60,942 bases of DNA, from positions 1 to 60,942 of the forward strand of contig JBOGKW010000002.1 of assembly GCA_050746205.1 (NCBI GenBank). Reading direction: 5' to 3'. Every line of letters begins with the position of its first letter. Positions within the stretch are counted from its first letter, which is position 1. The notes beneath the pieces are model-generated. The model was not told where the DNA came from and did no database searches. It was given only the letters and a program-made list of their open reading frames with translations. Origin of the DNA: Terriglobales bacterium (GTDB taxonomy: Bacteria; Acidobacteriota; Terriglobia; Terriglobales; SCQP01). Made by a program: the position numbers and the translations under genes. Positions 10,735 to 21,240 of this stretch are shown piece by piece.

Positions 10735-13062
10735 CTACGCCGACAGCGCCGTCGGCGCCAGCACCGGCACTTCGAACTGCGCTCCGGCGGCGGCGGGCGG
10801 CAGGGCCTGCGGCTGGCGGCGCTGCGCCGCCAGGGCCCGCAGCGCCCGATCCAGGACGTCGGTGGCGATGTCCTCGGCCTGCAGGCCGAACTCGGCGGCG
10901 ATCTCCGCCGCGCCAGCGGCCAGCGCCAGCGGCGCGCCGTCCGGCGCGGGCTTGTCTTGTAACACCCCGGCCAGCTTGCGGAACACCGCCCGGCAGTTGC
11001 CCACCACCGTATCCGGCAGGACCAGCACAAACTCCGTTGCCGAGCGGCGGGTGAGCACATCGTGCGGCCGCAGATAGGCGCCCATGCGCTCGGTCACCGT
11101 CAGCATCCAGTCATGCGCCTGCGCCGCCGGCACCGGCACTCGCCCCGAGGGGCGGGCGTCCAGGCAGAGCACCGATACGGTGGAGCCCTGCTGCTGCGCC
11201 CGCGCGCACTCGGCCACCAGGATCTCCAGCATCGAGCTGACCTTCAGCAGCCCGGTGCGTTCGTCCAGGGCGGTGAACTGCTGCAACAAGCCCCGCAATC
11301 GCGCGTGCCCCAGCACCAGAACCAATTGCTCGGCTAGCGCCTCCAAAATCTGCAGATCGTGCTCGGTCCAGATGCGCGCCGCCGTGCAGGACTCCAGCAC
11401 CACCGCGCCGATCACGCTACCGGCTTCGTTCAGCGGCTGAGCCAAGAAAGAGACAATGCCCTGCTCGGCCAGCACCGCCGCGATGTCGGGTGGCGCCGCC
11501 TCGGCGGCCAAGATCAGCGCCTTGGCGTCGGGCGGGTGAAACTGCTTTTCGATCCAGTTCAACAACCGGGCGGTTTCCGCGGCATAGCGGCTGGGCACGC
11601 CGGGGGCGCAGAACTCGACCACGTTCACCGGATCCTGGCCGGAATGAAAGTTGGCCGCCAGGCAACGGTCGGCGGTCCACACCCGGCCGAAGTGGTTGAC
11701 CGCGCTAAAAAAGATCCGCCGCGGCGTGGTCTCCCGCGCCAGGGCCCGGATGACCGGGGTGATCTGGGAAATGGAGAGCGCCTGTGGATAGACCGGCGCC
11801 GGAGCGGTCGCGCCGGGGCGGGGCCGCCGCAGCAACCGCGGCGTCCGCCCGCCGGAGGCCACTCGCCGGCCGGCCGCACGGGGCTGGCCGTGCTCGACGG
11901 CCGCCTTGAGCCGAACCCAGCGAGCCTCTGGAATCCGGCCTTGCAGTTCCGCCAGCCGCTCGCCGGGCGCGGCATCGTTGGGATCGGTGGCCACGATCCG
12001 TTCCAGCATGTCGGCGGCGCGGTCCAAGCGGTTGTCCCGCAGGGCCAGGGCCAAGCTCTGGTGCAGCGTCCACAGCATCGCCGGCTCCTCGCCGGCGCGG
12101 TTGAAGGCCGCGGCCAGGAAGTCCAGCAACGTCGCCTCGTGCACTTCGCCGCGGAGCACATGCAGCTCCCGTACCCACTGCAGGTGGCGTTTCTCCAGGC
12201 CCGCCTTGTCCTCGATGGCGGCGGCGAACTCCGCTGCCCGTGGGCTGCGCTCGCGCGCCAAAGCGTGGAGGCAGCGCAGGCCGCGCTCGAACCAATCGGC
12301 GCGGATCAGGCGCGGGGTGATCAGTGCCATGGCCGCGCCCGCCTGGCCGGCGGCAATATAGGCGTCGGCCCGCAGCGCCTCGGTTTCCGCGGGCGCCGCA
12401 CTCGCCGCGGCGGCGGGCAGCCCGGCGAGCGATTGCAACGCCTCCTCTCCGTGGCCCGCGGCCAGCAGCGCGCGGGTGTGCCGTAGCCGCAGACCGCGGT
12501 CCTCCGGCGCCAGGGCCGTGGCCTTGGCCAGCAGCGGCAGCTCCTCATGCAGCAGGGCGGCGGCCTGTCCATAGGCCTGCGCCGCCAAGTCCTTGTCGCC
12601 GCAGGCCTCGGCACGCGCCGCAATCTCCAAGCAGGTCGAATAATCGGCGGGATGCAGCCGGAACACGGCCCGCCAGGCCTCGACCTCCTCGGTGGGCCGC
12701 TTCTCCCGCCGCAGCGCTGCAGCGCATTGCCGGTAGGCCTTCTCGGCCTCGCTGCCCTGCTCCAACCCTTCCAGGGCCTGGGCGTAGGCCCGCCAGCGCG
12801 CCGCCGCCTGTGGCTGCAGCCATTGCAGCCGGGCAAAGAGCACGCAGGCCTCCCGTGGCCGGCCTTCAGCCAAGTAGCGGTCGAACTGCTCGCCCTGCAG
12901 TGACGCCGCCTCGGCCAAATGCCCGGCCATGGCCAGCGCGTCGGTCAGCCGGTGCAGCAGCCGCCCGTCCTCCGGCGCCTGCGACAGCGCGGCGCGAAAC
13001 GCCGCTACAGCGTCACCCACGCGGCCGTGGGCTAACAGCTGCTCTCCAGTTTCCAGGCTCAT
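10735..13062 (-). CDS. TPR - GAF - degenerate GGDEF domain signalling protein
   Basis: Probable start is ATG 13062 (MSLETGEQLL). The N-terminal half is TPR-like, the middle is GAF-like, and the C-terminal domain is GGDEF-like with SATEF in place of GG[DE]EF and RPHD five residues upstream (11029-11070). Confidence 0.7.
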   Translation of the reverse strand: MSLETGEQLLAHGRVGDAVAAFRAALSQAPEDGRLLHRLTDALAMAGHLAEAASLQGEQFDRYLAEGRPREACVLFARLQWLQPQAAARWRAYAQALEGLEQGSEAEKAYRQCAAALRREKRPTEEVEAWRAVFRLHPADYSTCLEIAARAEACGDKDLAAQAYGQAAALLHEELPLLAKATALAPEDRGLRLRHTRALLAAGHGEEALQSLAGLPAAAASAAPAETEALRADAYIAAGQAGAAMALITPRLIRADWFERGLRCLHALARERSPRAAEFAAAIEDKAGLEKRHLQWVRELHVLRGEVHEATLLDFLAAAFNRAGEEPAMLWTLHQSLALALRDNRLDRAADMLERIVATDPNDAAPGERLAELQGRIPEARWVRLKAAVEHGQPRAAGRRVASGGRTPRLLRRPRPGATAPAPVYPQALSISQITPVIRALARETTPRRIFFSAVNHFGRVWTADRCLAANFHSGQDPVNVVEFCAPGVPSRYAAETARLLNWIEKQFHPPDAKALILAAEAAPPDIAAVLAEQGIVSFLAQPLNEAGSVIGAVVLESCTAARIWTEHDLQILEALAEQLVLVLGHARLRGLLQQFTALDERTGLLKVSSMLEILVAECARAQQQGSTVSVLCLDARPSGRVPVPAAQAHDWMLTVTERMGAYLRPHDVLTRRSATEFVLVLPDTVVGNCRAVFRKLAGVLQDKPAPDGAPLALAAGAAEIAAEFGLQAEDIATDVLDRALRALAAQRRQPQALPPAAAGAQFEVPVLAPTALSA

Positions 13063-13270
13063 GATGGCGGGGCAAAAGCGGTAAGAACGCCCTATTTTCT
13101 CCCACCCCGGCGCCGCCTCGCGCCTGGTCTGGGGGACGGCTACCGAGGTGATACCCCCACCGCCCGCGGCGGCGGCGGGCCGAACGGCCCGCTGTCTCTG
13201 GCCGCCGCGCCGCGGACGACCGGGCGGACATCGCGTTGGCCACGCCACCGCCGGCGACCGGTCCGGCGAT

Positions 13271-13428
13271 CGCCATTCCGTCCGCGGCAACGCCATTCGG
13301 TCCGCGGCAACTTGGAGACGCCCTGAGCGCCCGCGGGCGTCCGTTGCCGGGCGTCCGACCGCAGCATGCGCAGCGGCGCGACTTGGGGTGGAGCGGCGGG
13401 GCAATCCAGCATTGGGCGGCTGAGCCGC
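13271..13428 (-). repeat. Copy B of the mosaic repeat (inverted orientation) with a 2 x 20-nt tandem unit
   Basis: The reverse complement reads GCGGCTCAGCCGCCCAATGCTGGATTGCCCCGCCGCTCCACCCCAAGTCGCGCCGCTGCGC...GGCGCTCAGGGCGTCTCCAAGTTGCCGCGG. Tandem units CGCCATTC[C/G]GTCCGCGGCAA at 13271-13290 and 13291-13310. Confidence 0.8.
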
Positions 13429-13468
13429 TCGTGCGGGAAGAACCACGGTGGATAATAGAGACCGCAGC

Positions 13469-14071
13469 ATGGCCACTTCACCCGCCCCCGGCCCCATCCG
13501 CATCCTGATTGTCGAAGACGAGGACCTGATCCGGGACACCTATGCCCGCCGCCTGGCGCACGAGGGCTATCAGGTGGAGGCGGCGCGCAATGGGCGGGAG
13601 GCGCTGGCGCTGGCGCGGCAGGGCTTGCCGCAGCTCATTTTACTCGACGCCATGCTGCCCGATCTCAGTGGCTTCGAGGTGCTGAAAGCCCTCCGCGCTG
13701 ACCCCCGCTTCCTGACCACCCCGGTGGTGCTGTTCACCAACCTCAGCCAGCACATTGACAAGCACCAGGCCGCGCGCCTGGGCGCCACCGACTATTGGGT
13801 CAAAAGCGAGGTCTCCCCCGCCGACGTCGCGGCCAAGGTGCAGCGCTTGCTGAGCGAAGCCGGCAGCCCGCGGCCCATCGCCAATTTCAGCCTGGTGGTG
13901 GACAGCCACCAGGGGGATGCCGCCGCGCTGGCGGCGATGCTCGGCTATCCCCGCGATTACCACTGCCCGAAGTGTCAAAGCGCCATGCTCTTGCAGTTGT
14001 ACGGCGATTTCTCCGATCCCTGGTCGCGCAGCTTTCGGGTGCGGATGCGCTGCCCGCAGTGCCGGCAGTAG
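13469..14071 (+). CDS. Response regulator (receiver domain) with a C-terminal CxxC...CxxC zinc-ribbon-like extension
   Basis: ILIVEDEDLIR, LILLDAMLPDLSG and WVKS receiver motifs. The C-terminus carries HCPKCQ...RCPQCRQ. The stop abuts the kinase start. Confidence 0.8.
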   Translation: MATSPAPGPIRILIVEDEDLIRDTYARRLAHEGYQVEAARNGREALALARQGLPQLILLDAMLPDLSGFEVLKALRADPRFLTTPVVLFTNLSQHIDKHQAARLGATDYWVKSEVSPADVAAKVQRLLSEAGSPRPIANFSLVVDSHQGDAAALAAMLGYPRDYHCPKCQSAMLLQLYGDFSDPWSRSFRVRMRCPQCRQ

Positions 14072-16216
14072 GTGCGCATCATGCCCTGGCGCCGCCGCAT
14101 GCCCCACCTCCCGGAACGGATCCTGCGCTGGCTCACCGCCTCGGTCTTTCGCTCCACCGCCATCTTCGTCATTCTCACCTTCGTACCCATTCTGCTGCTC
14201 ACCTATTACATCGTCGCCACCAGCATGCAGAACTCGCGAGCCCAGGCGGAGCGCACCGACCTGGAGGTGCGCGGCTTCTCCGCCGCGCTGCTGCGCACCA
14301 GCTTCCGCGAGGAAATGGAGTCTTTGGCCGGCGTCGCCGACCAAGCCTACCTGCACAGCGCCCTGGCCAACACCCACACTACACAGCTCAACCGCATCTT
14401 GGAGATTCTGGTGCGCCGCCGCACCGAATTCGCCGTGGCGGCCCTCTACGACGCCGCCGGCGATCTGATGGCGGAGGCCTCACCGCCGGGCGCAGCCAGC
14501 GTCGCCGCGCCCGCATTGGCCGACACCCAAGCGTGGTTCAACCACGCCAATAACCACCAGGAGTTCTATATTTCTCCGCTGCGGACGCTGCCCGGAGCGG
14601 GCCCGGCGCTGGTGCTGGCCGCGCCGATCATCCAAAACGGAGAAACCGGCGGCGTGCTGATGGCCGAACTCCCGGCCAGCGTCGTGGCCGGCTGGGCGGC
14701 GCACATCGGCACCGGCCAGGACCGCTACATTTATGTCGTGGACAGCCAGCACCAGATCGTGGCCGGGCCCAGCAACGGCCCGCTGTCGGCCAGCGAGGCC
14801 GCCCACCTGCCCAGCGTGTCTGCGGCCCTGGCCGGCCGCTCCGGCCGGGCCCGGTTTCTCTCCCCCATCCACTTGGAATCCCAAGCCGTCAGCTATGCGC
14901 CGCTGTCGCTGGCCCAGGAGGCCGTGCTGGTGGTGCGCCCGGTGCGGCTGGGCATCTACTTCCTCAAGGTCTTCTACGACAAGCTGGCGCTGATTGCCAT
15001 CATCGTCTTTTTGCTGGCCGTCATCAGCGGCCTGCTGTTGCGCGCCGCGTTCCGCTTTTACACGCGGTACACCCGTGAGGTGGAGACCGGTCGCGGCAAA
15101 ACCGAGGCCCTGCTCAGCAGCCTGGGCGACGGCGTCTTCGCCGTGGATACCAGCCTGCGCCTCATGGAGTTCAACCCCGCGGCCGAGGCCCTCAGCGGCC
15201 TGAAGGCGCGCCAGGTCTTGGGCCGGCAATACCCGGAGGTGCTGCACTTGGTGGATGAAGGCAGCGGCCGGGAAGCGCTGGACCTGATCCCCAGCGCCCT
15301 GGAACAGCGGCATCAGGTCCGCTTCACCCATAACCTGCGCCTGCGCCGGCCGGACGGCAGCGAGGTGCCGGTGGCGGTCAATGCCGCGCCCATGCTCGAC
15401 GACCAGGGCGAGGTCACCGGTTGTGTCGTCGTCTTCAGCGACGTCACCCAGGAACGCGAAGTGGACCGCATGAAGACCGAGTTCATCAGCCTGGCCAGCC
15501 ACCAGCTGCGCACCCCCATGACCGGCGTTAAGGGCGCGCTCTCCTTGCTGCTGGATGAGGTCCTGGGCCCGCTCACCGCCGAGCAGCGCCGCTATCTCGG
15601 CCGCGCCTACGACGCAAATGAGCGCCTCATCGCCTTGGTCGGCGACCTGCTCAACGTCAGCCGCCTGGAGCAGGGCCGGATGCAATTGGTTTGGGAGTCG
15701 GTTGAGCTGGGGCAACTGCTCACCCAGGTGGTGGCCGAACTACAGCCCCACGCCACCCGCTATCATCAGGACCTTGGCCTCGACCTCGCCCCCGGAGCGT
15801 TGCAGACCTTGGGCGACCCCGTCCGCCTCCGCGAGGTCTTCACCAACCTGGTGGACAACGCCATCAAATACACCCCCGAAGGCGGCGCCATCACCGTGGG
15901 GGCGCGCATCCAAGATCAGGCCGCCGTGATCGCGGTTCGCGACACCGGCGTGGGCATCCGCGCCGAGCAAATCCCGGGCCTGTTCCAAAAGTTCGCCCGC
16001 ATCGAAAACCCGCTGAGTGGCCGGGAGTTCGGCACCGGCTTGGGCTTGTATTTCGTCAAATCCGTGGTCGAGTTGCACCACGGCTCGATCTCCGTGGATA
16101 GCCAGCCGGAGCGCGGCAGCACGTTTACCGTGCGGCTGCCCCTTCGCCCGGCCGCGGCGGCGCTGGCCGGCGCCGCCCGCCCCGCGGTTCAAACCACCCC
16201 CTCCGGCGTCCCATAG
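14072..16216 (+). CDS. Membrane sensor histidine kinase (periplasmic sensor, PAS, HisKA, HATPase_c)
   Basis: Two TM segments flank a roughly 270-aa extracytoplasmic region. PAS-like segment, H-box [11 protein letters not shown] box [11 protein letters not shown], and G boxes DTGVGI and GTGLGL. Confidence 0.85.
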   Translation: MRIMPWRRRMPHLPERILRWLTASVFRSTAIFVILTFVPILLLTYYIVATSMQNSRAQAERTDLEVRGFSAALLRTSFREEMESLAGVADQAYLHSALANTHTTQLNRILEILVRRRTEFAVAALYDAAGDLMAEASPPGAASVAAPALADTQAWFNHANNHQEFYISPLRTLPGAGPALVLAAPIIQNGETGGVLMAELPASVVAGWAAHIGTGQDRYIYVVDSQHQIVAGPSNGPLSASEAAHLPSVSAALAGRSGRARFLSPIHLESQAVSYAPLSLAQEAVLVVRPVRLGIYFLKVFYDKLALIAIIVFLLAVISGLLLRAAFRFYTRYTREVETGRGKTEALLSSLGDGVFAVDTSLRLMEFNPAAEALSGLKARQVLGRQYPEVLHLVDEGSGREALDLIPSALEQRHQVRFTHNLRLRRPDGSEVPVAVNAAPMLDDQGEVTGCVVVFSDVTQEREVDRMKTEFISLASHQLRTPMTGVKGALSLLLDEVLGPLTAEQRRYLGRAYDANERLIALVGDLLNVSRLEQGRMQLVWESVELGQLLTQVVAELQPHATRYHQDLGLDLAPGALQTLGDPVRLREVFTNLVDNAIKYTPEGGAITVGARIQDQAAVIAVRDTGVGIRAEQIPGLFQKFARIENPLSGREFGTGLGLYFVKSVVELHHGSISVDSQPERGSTFTVRLPLRPAAAALAGAARPAVQTTPSGVP

Positions 16217-16233
16217 CCTGGCCCTTCATCACC

Positions 16234-17859
16234 ATGTGGTTCCACAATGCGGTCTTCTATGAAGTTCCGGTTCGCTCGTTCTCCGATTGGAACACCGACG
16301 GCATCGGCGATTTTCGCGGGCTGATTGACAAGCTGGACTACCTGCAATGGCTCGGCGTGGACTGCCTGTGGCTGCTCCCCTACTATCCCTCGCCGCTGCG
16401 CGACGATGGGTACGACATCTCCGACTATCACAACATTGATCCCGTCTACGGCACGCTGGCCGACTTCCGCGAGCTGTTGGATGAGGCGCATGACCGCGGC
16501 ATGCGCGTTCTCGCCGACCTGGTCATCAACCACACCTCCGACCAGCACGCCTGGTTCCAGCAAGCCCGCAGCTCGCCCCACTCCCCCTACCGCAGCTGGT
16601 ACGTTTGGGGCGACGACCCGCACCGCTATCCGGACGCGCGCATCATTTTCGTGGATACGGAAGCCAGCAACTGGACCTGGGATCCGGCCGCCGGCGCCTA
16701 TTTTTGGCACCGCTTTTACAGCCATCAGCCGGACCTGAACTTCGCCGAGCCGGCGGTGCGCCAGGCCATGCTGGATGTGGTGTTTTACTGGCTGGACATG
16801 GGGCTGGACGGCTTCCGCTGTGACGCCGTCCCCTACTTGTTCGAGCGCGAGGGCACCAACTGCGAGAATTTGCCCGAAACGCATGCCTTTCTCCAGGAGT
16901 TGCGGGCTAAGGTGGACGCCCGCTATCAGGGCGATCGGATCCTGCTGGCCGAGGCCAACCAATGGCCCTCCGATGTGGTGCAGTACTTCGGCCAGGGGCA
17001 CGAGTTCCACATGGCGTTTCACTTTCCGCTCATGCCCCGGCTGTTCATGGCCACGCGGCAGGAAAGCCGCCGCCCCATCGTGGACATTCTGGCGCAGACG
17101 CCCACGATTCCCGCCAACTGCCAATGGGGCTTGTTCCTGCGCAATCACGACGAGCTGACGCTGGAGATGTGCACGAACGAAGAGCGGGACTACATGTATT
17201 ACGAGTACGCCCGCGACCCGCGCATGAAGCTGAACATCGGCATCCGCCGCCGCCTGGCGCCGATCGTGGACAACAGCCGGCGGCAGATTGAGCTGATGAA
17301 CACGCTGCTGTTCTCCATGCCCGGCTCGCCGATCCTCTATTACGGCGATGAGATCGGCATGGGGGACAACATCTATCTTTCCGACCGCAACGGCGTGCGC
17401 ACACCCATGCAGTGGAATGTGGACCGCAATGGCGGCTTTTCCAAGGCCACGCCCGAGCGGCTGTATTCGCCGCTGATCCAAAATCCGGTCTATAGCTATC
17501 AGGCGGTCAACGTCGAGCGCCAGTTTCAAAACCCCAACTCGCTGCTCAACTGGACCCGTGACCTGATCCGCCTGCGGCATAAGAACCCCGTGTTGGGCGC
17601 AGGCGAACTGGAGATGCTGGCGCCGGACAATGACCGGATCTTGGCCTATCTGCGCCGCGACGCCCAGGCCGTAATCCTGGTCGTGGCCAATTTAGCGCGT
17701 ACCTCGCAGGCCACGCGGCTGGACCTGTCCCGCTTCGCCGGCGCCGCGCCAGTCGAAATGTTCGGCGACACCGCATTTCCGGTCATCGCCCACGAGCCCT
17801 ATCAGTTGGCCCTCGGCCCCTACGGCTATTACTGGCTGCGCTTGAACGGCGGGAAGTAA
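16234..17859 (+). CDS. treS: Trehalose synthase (maltose alpha-D-glucosyltransferase), GH13, without a maltokinase domain
   Basis: [58 protein letters not shown] and [12 protein letters not shown] closely follow remembered TreS sequences. Confidence 0.85.
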   Translation: MWFHNAVFYEVPVRSFSDWNTDGIGDFRGLIDKLDYLQWLGVDCLWLLPYYPSPLRDDGYDISDYHNIDPVYGTLADFRELLDEAHDRGMRVLADLVINHTSDQHAWFQQARSSPHSPYRSWYVWGDDPHRYPDARIIFVDTEASNWTWDPAAGAYFWHRFYSHQPDLNFAEPAVRQAMLDVVFYWLDMGLDGFRCDAVPYLFEREGTNCENLPETHAFLQELRAKVDARYQGDRILLAEANQWPSDVVQYFGQGHEFHMAFHFPLMPRLFMATRQESRRPIVDILAQTPTIPANCQWGLFLRNHDELTLEMCTNEERDYMYYEYARDPRMKLNIGIRRRLAPIVDNSRRQIELMNTLLFSMPGSPILYYGDEIGMGDNIYLSDRNGVRTPMQWNVDRNGGFSKATPERLYSPLIQNPVYSYQAVNVERQFQNPNSLLNWTRDLIRLRHKNPVLGAGELEMLAPDNDRILAYLRRDAQAVILVVANLARTSQATRLDLSRFAGAAPVEMFGDTAFPVIAHEPYQLALGPYGYYWLRLNGGK

Positions 17860-17969
17860 GATCGGACAGGGCGGCACTCGTGGCGCCGCCATTGCAGGCT
17901 TTCGCGCGGGCCGGCGTGCCGGCCGGACCGGGGAAGGAGGGCCCGGCCGACGCGCACCTCGCTGCCACC

Positions 17970-18500
17970 ATGCCACACGGAACGCAAAAGACCGCCCTTC
18001 TCGACGCCGACGGCCTGTACGTCCGGGGCGTGAAGCTGCTGGCCGCCCGCGGCCGCGCCGCCGCTGAGCTGGAGCGCCTGCTCGCCCCCCGCGCCCAGAG
18101 CTCCGCGGCCCTGCGCGCCGCGCTGGCCCGCCTGCGCGAGCACGGCTACCTGGATGACCGCCGCTTCGCCGAAGCCTTCGCCCGATACCGCCGCGAGGCC
18201 GAAGCCTGGGGCCCCGCCCGCTGCCGCCGGGAGCTAGGCCGTCGCGGCGTGGCCGACGCTTTGGGCGCGGCCGCGGTCGCCGCCGCTTACGGTGACAGCG
18301 ATGAGGCGGCGCTGCTTGCAGCCTATCTCCGCCGCAAGCGTCTCGGCCGGCCGGAAACGCCCGCGCAAACCGCGTCGCTCTTCCGCCGGCTTTGGCACGC
18401 CGGCTATTCCAGCGCAGCCATTCACACCGCCCTGCGCGCCTGGCGCCTGGATCCCGCCTGGCTCGACGAGCTCGACGCCCTCGAACCTGCAGACGAATAA
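17970..18500 (+). CDS. recX: RecX-family regulatory protein
   Basis: Three-repeat helical pattern with ...GYLDDRRFAEAFAR... and ...RRELGRRGV.... About 176 aa from ATG 17970. No recA in the window. Confidence 0.65.
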   Translation: MPHGTQKTALLDADGLYVRGVKLLAARGRAAAELERLLAPRAQSSAALRAALARLREHGYLDDRRFAEAFARYRREAEAWGPARCRRELGRRGVADALGAAAVAAAYGDSDEAALLAAYLRRKRLGRPETPAQTASLFRRLWHAGYSSAAIHTALRAWRLDPAWLDELDALEPADE

Positions 18501-18546
18501 AGCGTTCAGCTCGCCGCCAAGCCTGTGGGGCCCGGCGTTTCCTGCC

Positions 18547-18927
18547 CTACCCCGCCGCCGCAGAAATCGCCCCCGCGAACGCCTCCCCGCGATGAATCCG
18601 CTGGTCCTCCCCAAACTCCATCAGCTCCGCTTTCCGCACCGCCCCGCCACGCTCCGCTGAGGCATAGAGGATGACAATGGCGCGCCGCTCCGCATCCCAA
18701 ACCACCGAATCCAGCGTGAACCGCGGCGGCGTCCCTCGCGCCCGCAGCGCCGCCGTCCAATACGCCCGCAGCGCCGCTTTGCCCCGGACTTCCGCATTAC
18801 CGGTTACGGCCGCTGCCAACGGGCTGACAAAAACGGCATCCTCAGCAAAATGCGCCAGCACCGCCTCCACGTCGCCGCGGTTCCAGGCCGCAATCCACTC
18901 CCGCGCAAATGCCTGTGTGTCCACCAT
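18547..18927 (-). CDS. SnoaL/NTF2-like fold protein
   Basis: REWIAAWNRGDVEAVLAHFAEDAVFVSP is typical of the SnoaL-like/NTF2 superfamily. About 126 aa from ATG 18927. Confidence 0.6.
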   Translation of the reverse strand: MVDTQAFAREWIAAWNRGDVEAVLAHFAEDAVFVSPLAAAVTGNAEVRGKAALRAYWTAALRARGTPPRFTLDSVVWDAERRAIVILYASAERGGAVRKAELMEFGEDQRIHRGEAFAGAISAAAG

Positions 18928-19205
18928 GGCGCATTGTAGCCCGCGCCCCCTGGCGGGGAGCCGCCGCCCGAACCGGAGGACGGCGGGCCGCGTCCATTGG
19001 CCCGCGTGCCCAGGGCCGCCCATTACCACCGCCGTGGACTCAATGGCTAATGACGCGCCGCCTGACCCGCATCCGCCATCTGTTCAGCGCCCCGCGGCGC
19101 CCGAATCCCCTCCGCGCGTCTTCACCGGTGCCGGAACGCTGACATTCTCTCGCCTGCCCGGGCTGGCCATCGCGCTCGCGGCGGTCTTCGTCTACCCCTC
19201 CCACC

Positions 19206-19937
19206 TCAGGCCCCGCCACTTCCCGCCATTTGCCGCAGCCGGTCATTGGCGAAGTACTGCGCCTGCCCTTCTTCGATCGCCCGCACAATCAGCCCGGCCA
19301 CGAACTCTGGCGTATCGCCTTGGGCGTAATCCGAACGCGGGCCGCCGCCGGCGGGGTTGCCCATCCGGTTCTTCCCGAAGTCCGTCGCCGTGATGTAGGG
19401 GTAGACTTCGCTCACCACGATCCGGTCATTTGCCAGCTCGGCGCGCGCCGTCAGGCTAACACCCAGCAGCGCACGCTTCGAAGCCGCGTAGACGCTGTAT
19501 CCGGGAATCGTCATGAACGCCGTCCCCGAGTTGACGTTCACGATGCTGCCGCCGCCTTGCGCCCGCATCAGCGGTATCACCGCCTGCATCGCCACGATCG
19601 GCCCCAAAACGTTGAGGTGGAAGATCTCGTCGAAGACCGCGGGCTCGATCTCCTCGACTGCCGCCGCATAGCCGCGGCCGGCGTTATTGACCAGCCCGTC
19701 CACTCGGCCGTAGTGCCGATGCACCTCCGCCACGGCCTCCCGCACGCGATCCAATCGCGTGATGTCCGCGGAAACCGGCAGGCTGCCGGCAAGCCGCTCC
19801 GACAAGGCTTGCAGCGCATCGCCGCTGCGCGCCAGCAGGGCAACCTTCGCCCCGCGAGCCTCGAGCGCGACTGCCGTCGCCCGCCCGATCCCCGACGAAG
19901 CGCCGGTCACGATGAATACGCGATCTCCAATTTCCAT
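19206..19937 (-). CDS. Short-chain dehydrogenase/reductase (SDR)
   Basis: TGASSGIG cofactor motif, NNAG, and a YxxxK-type site (YAASK). Confidence 0.85.
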   Translation of the reverse strand: MEIGDRVFIVTGASSGIGRATAVALEARGAKVALLARSGDALQALSERLAGSLPVSADITRLDRVREAVAEVHRHYGRVDGLVNNAGRGYAAAVEEIEPAVFDEIFHLNVLGPIVAMQAVIPLMRAQGGGSIVNVNSGTAFMTIPGYSVYAASKRALLGVSLTARAELANDRIVVSEVYPYITATDFGKNRMGNPAGGGPRSDYAQGDTPEFVAGLIVRAIEEGQAQYFANDRLRQMAGSGGA

Positions 19938-20020
19938 GGGCCTGCCCTCTTAGCGTAGCGTGGACGGAGCCTTCGCCCCGGCCTGACGCGCGGCGCCCAC
20001 CCGGCCCGCGTTCGCCCCGG

Positions 20021-20455
20021 CTAGGCCGGGTCGGTGAAATTGGCGGGCAAATCGGCGGGCTGGAAGTTTTTGTCCACCACGACGTGCCGCGTTTCGCCCG
20101 TGGCCAGCAATAGGCCGTCGCTGGCGCGCACCACTTCATAGACGAAATCCAGGAGGGACCCGCGCTGGCGGGCCAGCCGGGTGCGGAGAATCAGCAGGTC
20201 GTCATAGCGGGCGGGGGCCTTATAGCGGCACCGGGCCTCGACCACGGGGATGAAGCGGCCATCCTCGGCTTCCAGGTCGCGGTAGGAAAAGCCGCGGGAA
20301 CGGAGATGCTCGACCCGGCCGATCTCGAACCAGACGAAAAAGTTGGCGTAATAGACCACGCCCATCTGGTCGGTCTCGGCGTAACGCACGCGGATTTGGG
20401 TTTCCACCCAGGGCTGCGCCGCGGCGGCGGGTTGGCAGTCCGCGGCGGGGGTCAT
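20021..20455 (-). CDS. 4HBT/YbgC-type acyl-CoA thioesterase
   Basis: Hot-dog-fold pattern RVRYAETDQMGVVYYANFFVWFE. ATGA overlap with the upstream enoyl-CoA hydratase gene. Confidence 0.75.
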   Translation of the reverse strand: MTPAADCQPAAAAQPWVETQIRVRYAETDQMGVVYYANFFVWFEIGRVEHLRSRGFSYRDLEAEDGRFIPVVEARCRYKAPARYDDLLILRTRLARQRGSLLDFVYEVVRASDGLLLATGETRHVVVDKNFQPADLPANFTDPA

Positions 20456-21240
20456 GACTGCGTCCAGTGCGGCGGGCGCTTTTCCAAAAACGCCGCCAGG
20501 CCCTCGCGAAAGTCGGCGGTGGTGCGCATGGCGGCGTTGGCCTTGGCGGCCATGGACAACGCCTCAGTGCGGGCATAAATGGGCAGGTCCTGCAGCAACT
20601 GCTTGGTGGCGCGCAGGCTGGCGGGGCTGTTGCGCGCCAACTCGGCGGCCAACTGGCGGACATGGGTGAGCAGTTCCTGCTCTGGCACCACCTGCGTCAC
20701 CAGGCCCCACGCTTCGGCCTCGGCGGCGGAGATGAGGCGGCCGGTCAGCAATAGATCGCGGACCCGCTTTTCCCCGATCTGCCGCAACAGGTAGGTCGCC
20801 ACCAGCGCGGGCAAAAACCCGATGCGCACTTCGGTATAGCCGAACCGCGCCGCCGGGACGGCCAAGGTGAAGTCGCAGACCGAGGCCAGCCCGCAGCCGC
20901 CAGCCACGGCGGCTCCGTTCACGGCGGCAATGGTGGGCAGGGGGAACTCGTAGAGCCGCTGAAACAGGCGGGCCATTTTTTGCGCGTCGGTGATCGCGTG
21001 CGCCGGGCCCATGCGGCCCAGCTCGCGCAGCATCTCGATATCCATGCCGGCGCAAAAGGCGGCGCCTGCGCCGGTGACGGCGACGGCGCCGCCGCGGCCG
21101 CCCCAGTGCTCGGCGCAGGCGTCCAGTGCCGCCAGTAACTCATCCAGCAACTCCATGGAGATGGCGTTGCGTCGCTCCGGACGGTTCAGGGTAATGAGGG
21201 AGAGGTGTTCCTCGTGGGCAAGGGTCAGCGTGCGGGGCAT
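20452..21240 (-). CDS. Enoyl-CoA hydratase/isomerase (crotonase) family protein
   Basis: ITLNRPERRNA, FCAGMDI and NGAAVAGGCGLA crotonase signatures. Confidence 0.85.
   Translation of the reverse strand: MPRTLTLAHEEHLSLITLNRPERRNAISMELLDELLAALDACAEHWGGRGGAVAVTGAGAAFCAGMDIEMLRELGRMGPAHAITDAQKMARLFQRLYEFPLPTIAAVNGAAVAGGCGLASVCDFTLAVPAARFGYTEVRIGFLPALVATYLLRQIGEKRVRDLLLTGRLISAAEAEAWGLVTQVVPEQELLTHVRQLAAELARNSPASLRATKQLLQDLPIYARTEALSMAAKANAAMRTTADFREGLAAFLEKRPPHWTQS

Noticed and set aside
13271-13310. Tandem 20-mers considered as a possible minimal CRISPR or iteron array
   Set aside because: There are only two adjacent units with no spacers, no cas or rep genes nearby, and the units are part of the dispersed repeat family.
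13063-13539. 159-codon N-terminal extension of the TPR-GAF-GGDEF ORF
   Set aside because: The extension is a translation of repeat copy B and of the divergent regulator's start region. A sensible start (MSLETGEQLL, ATG 13062) begins the TPR region.
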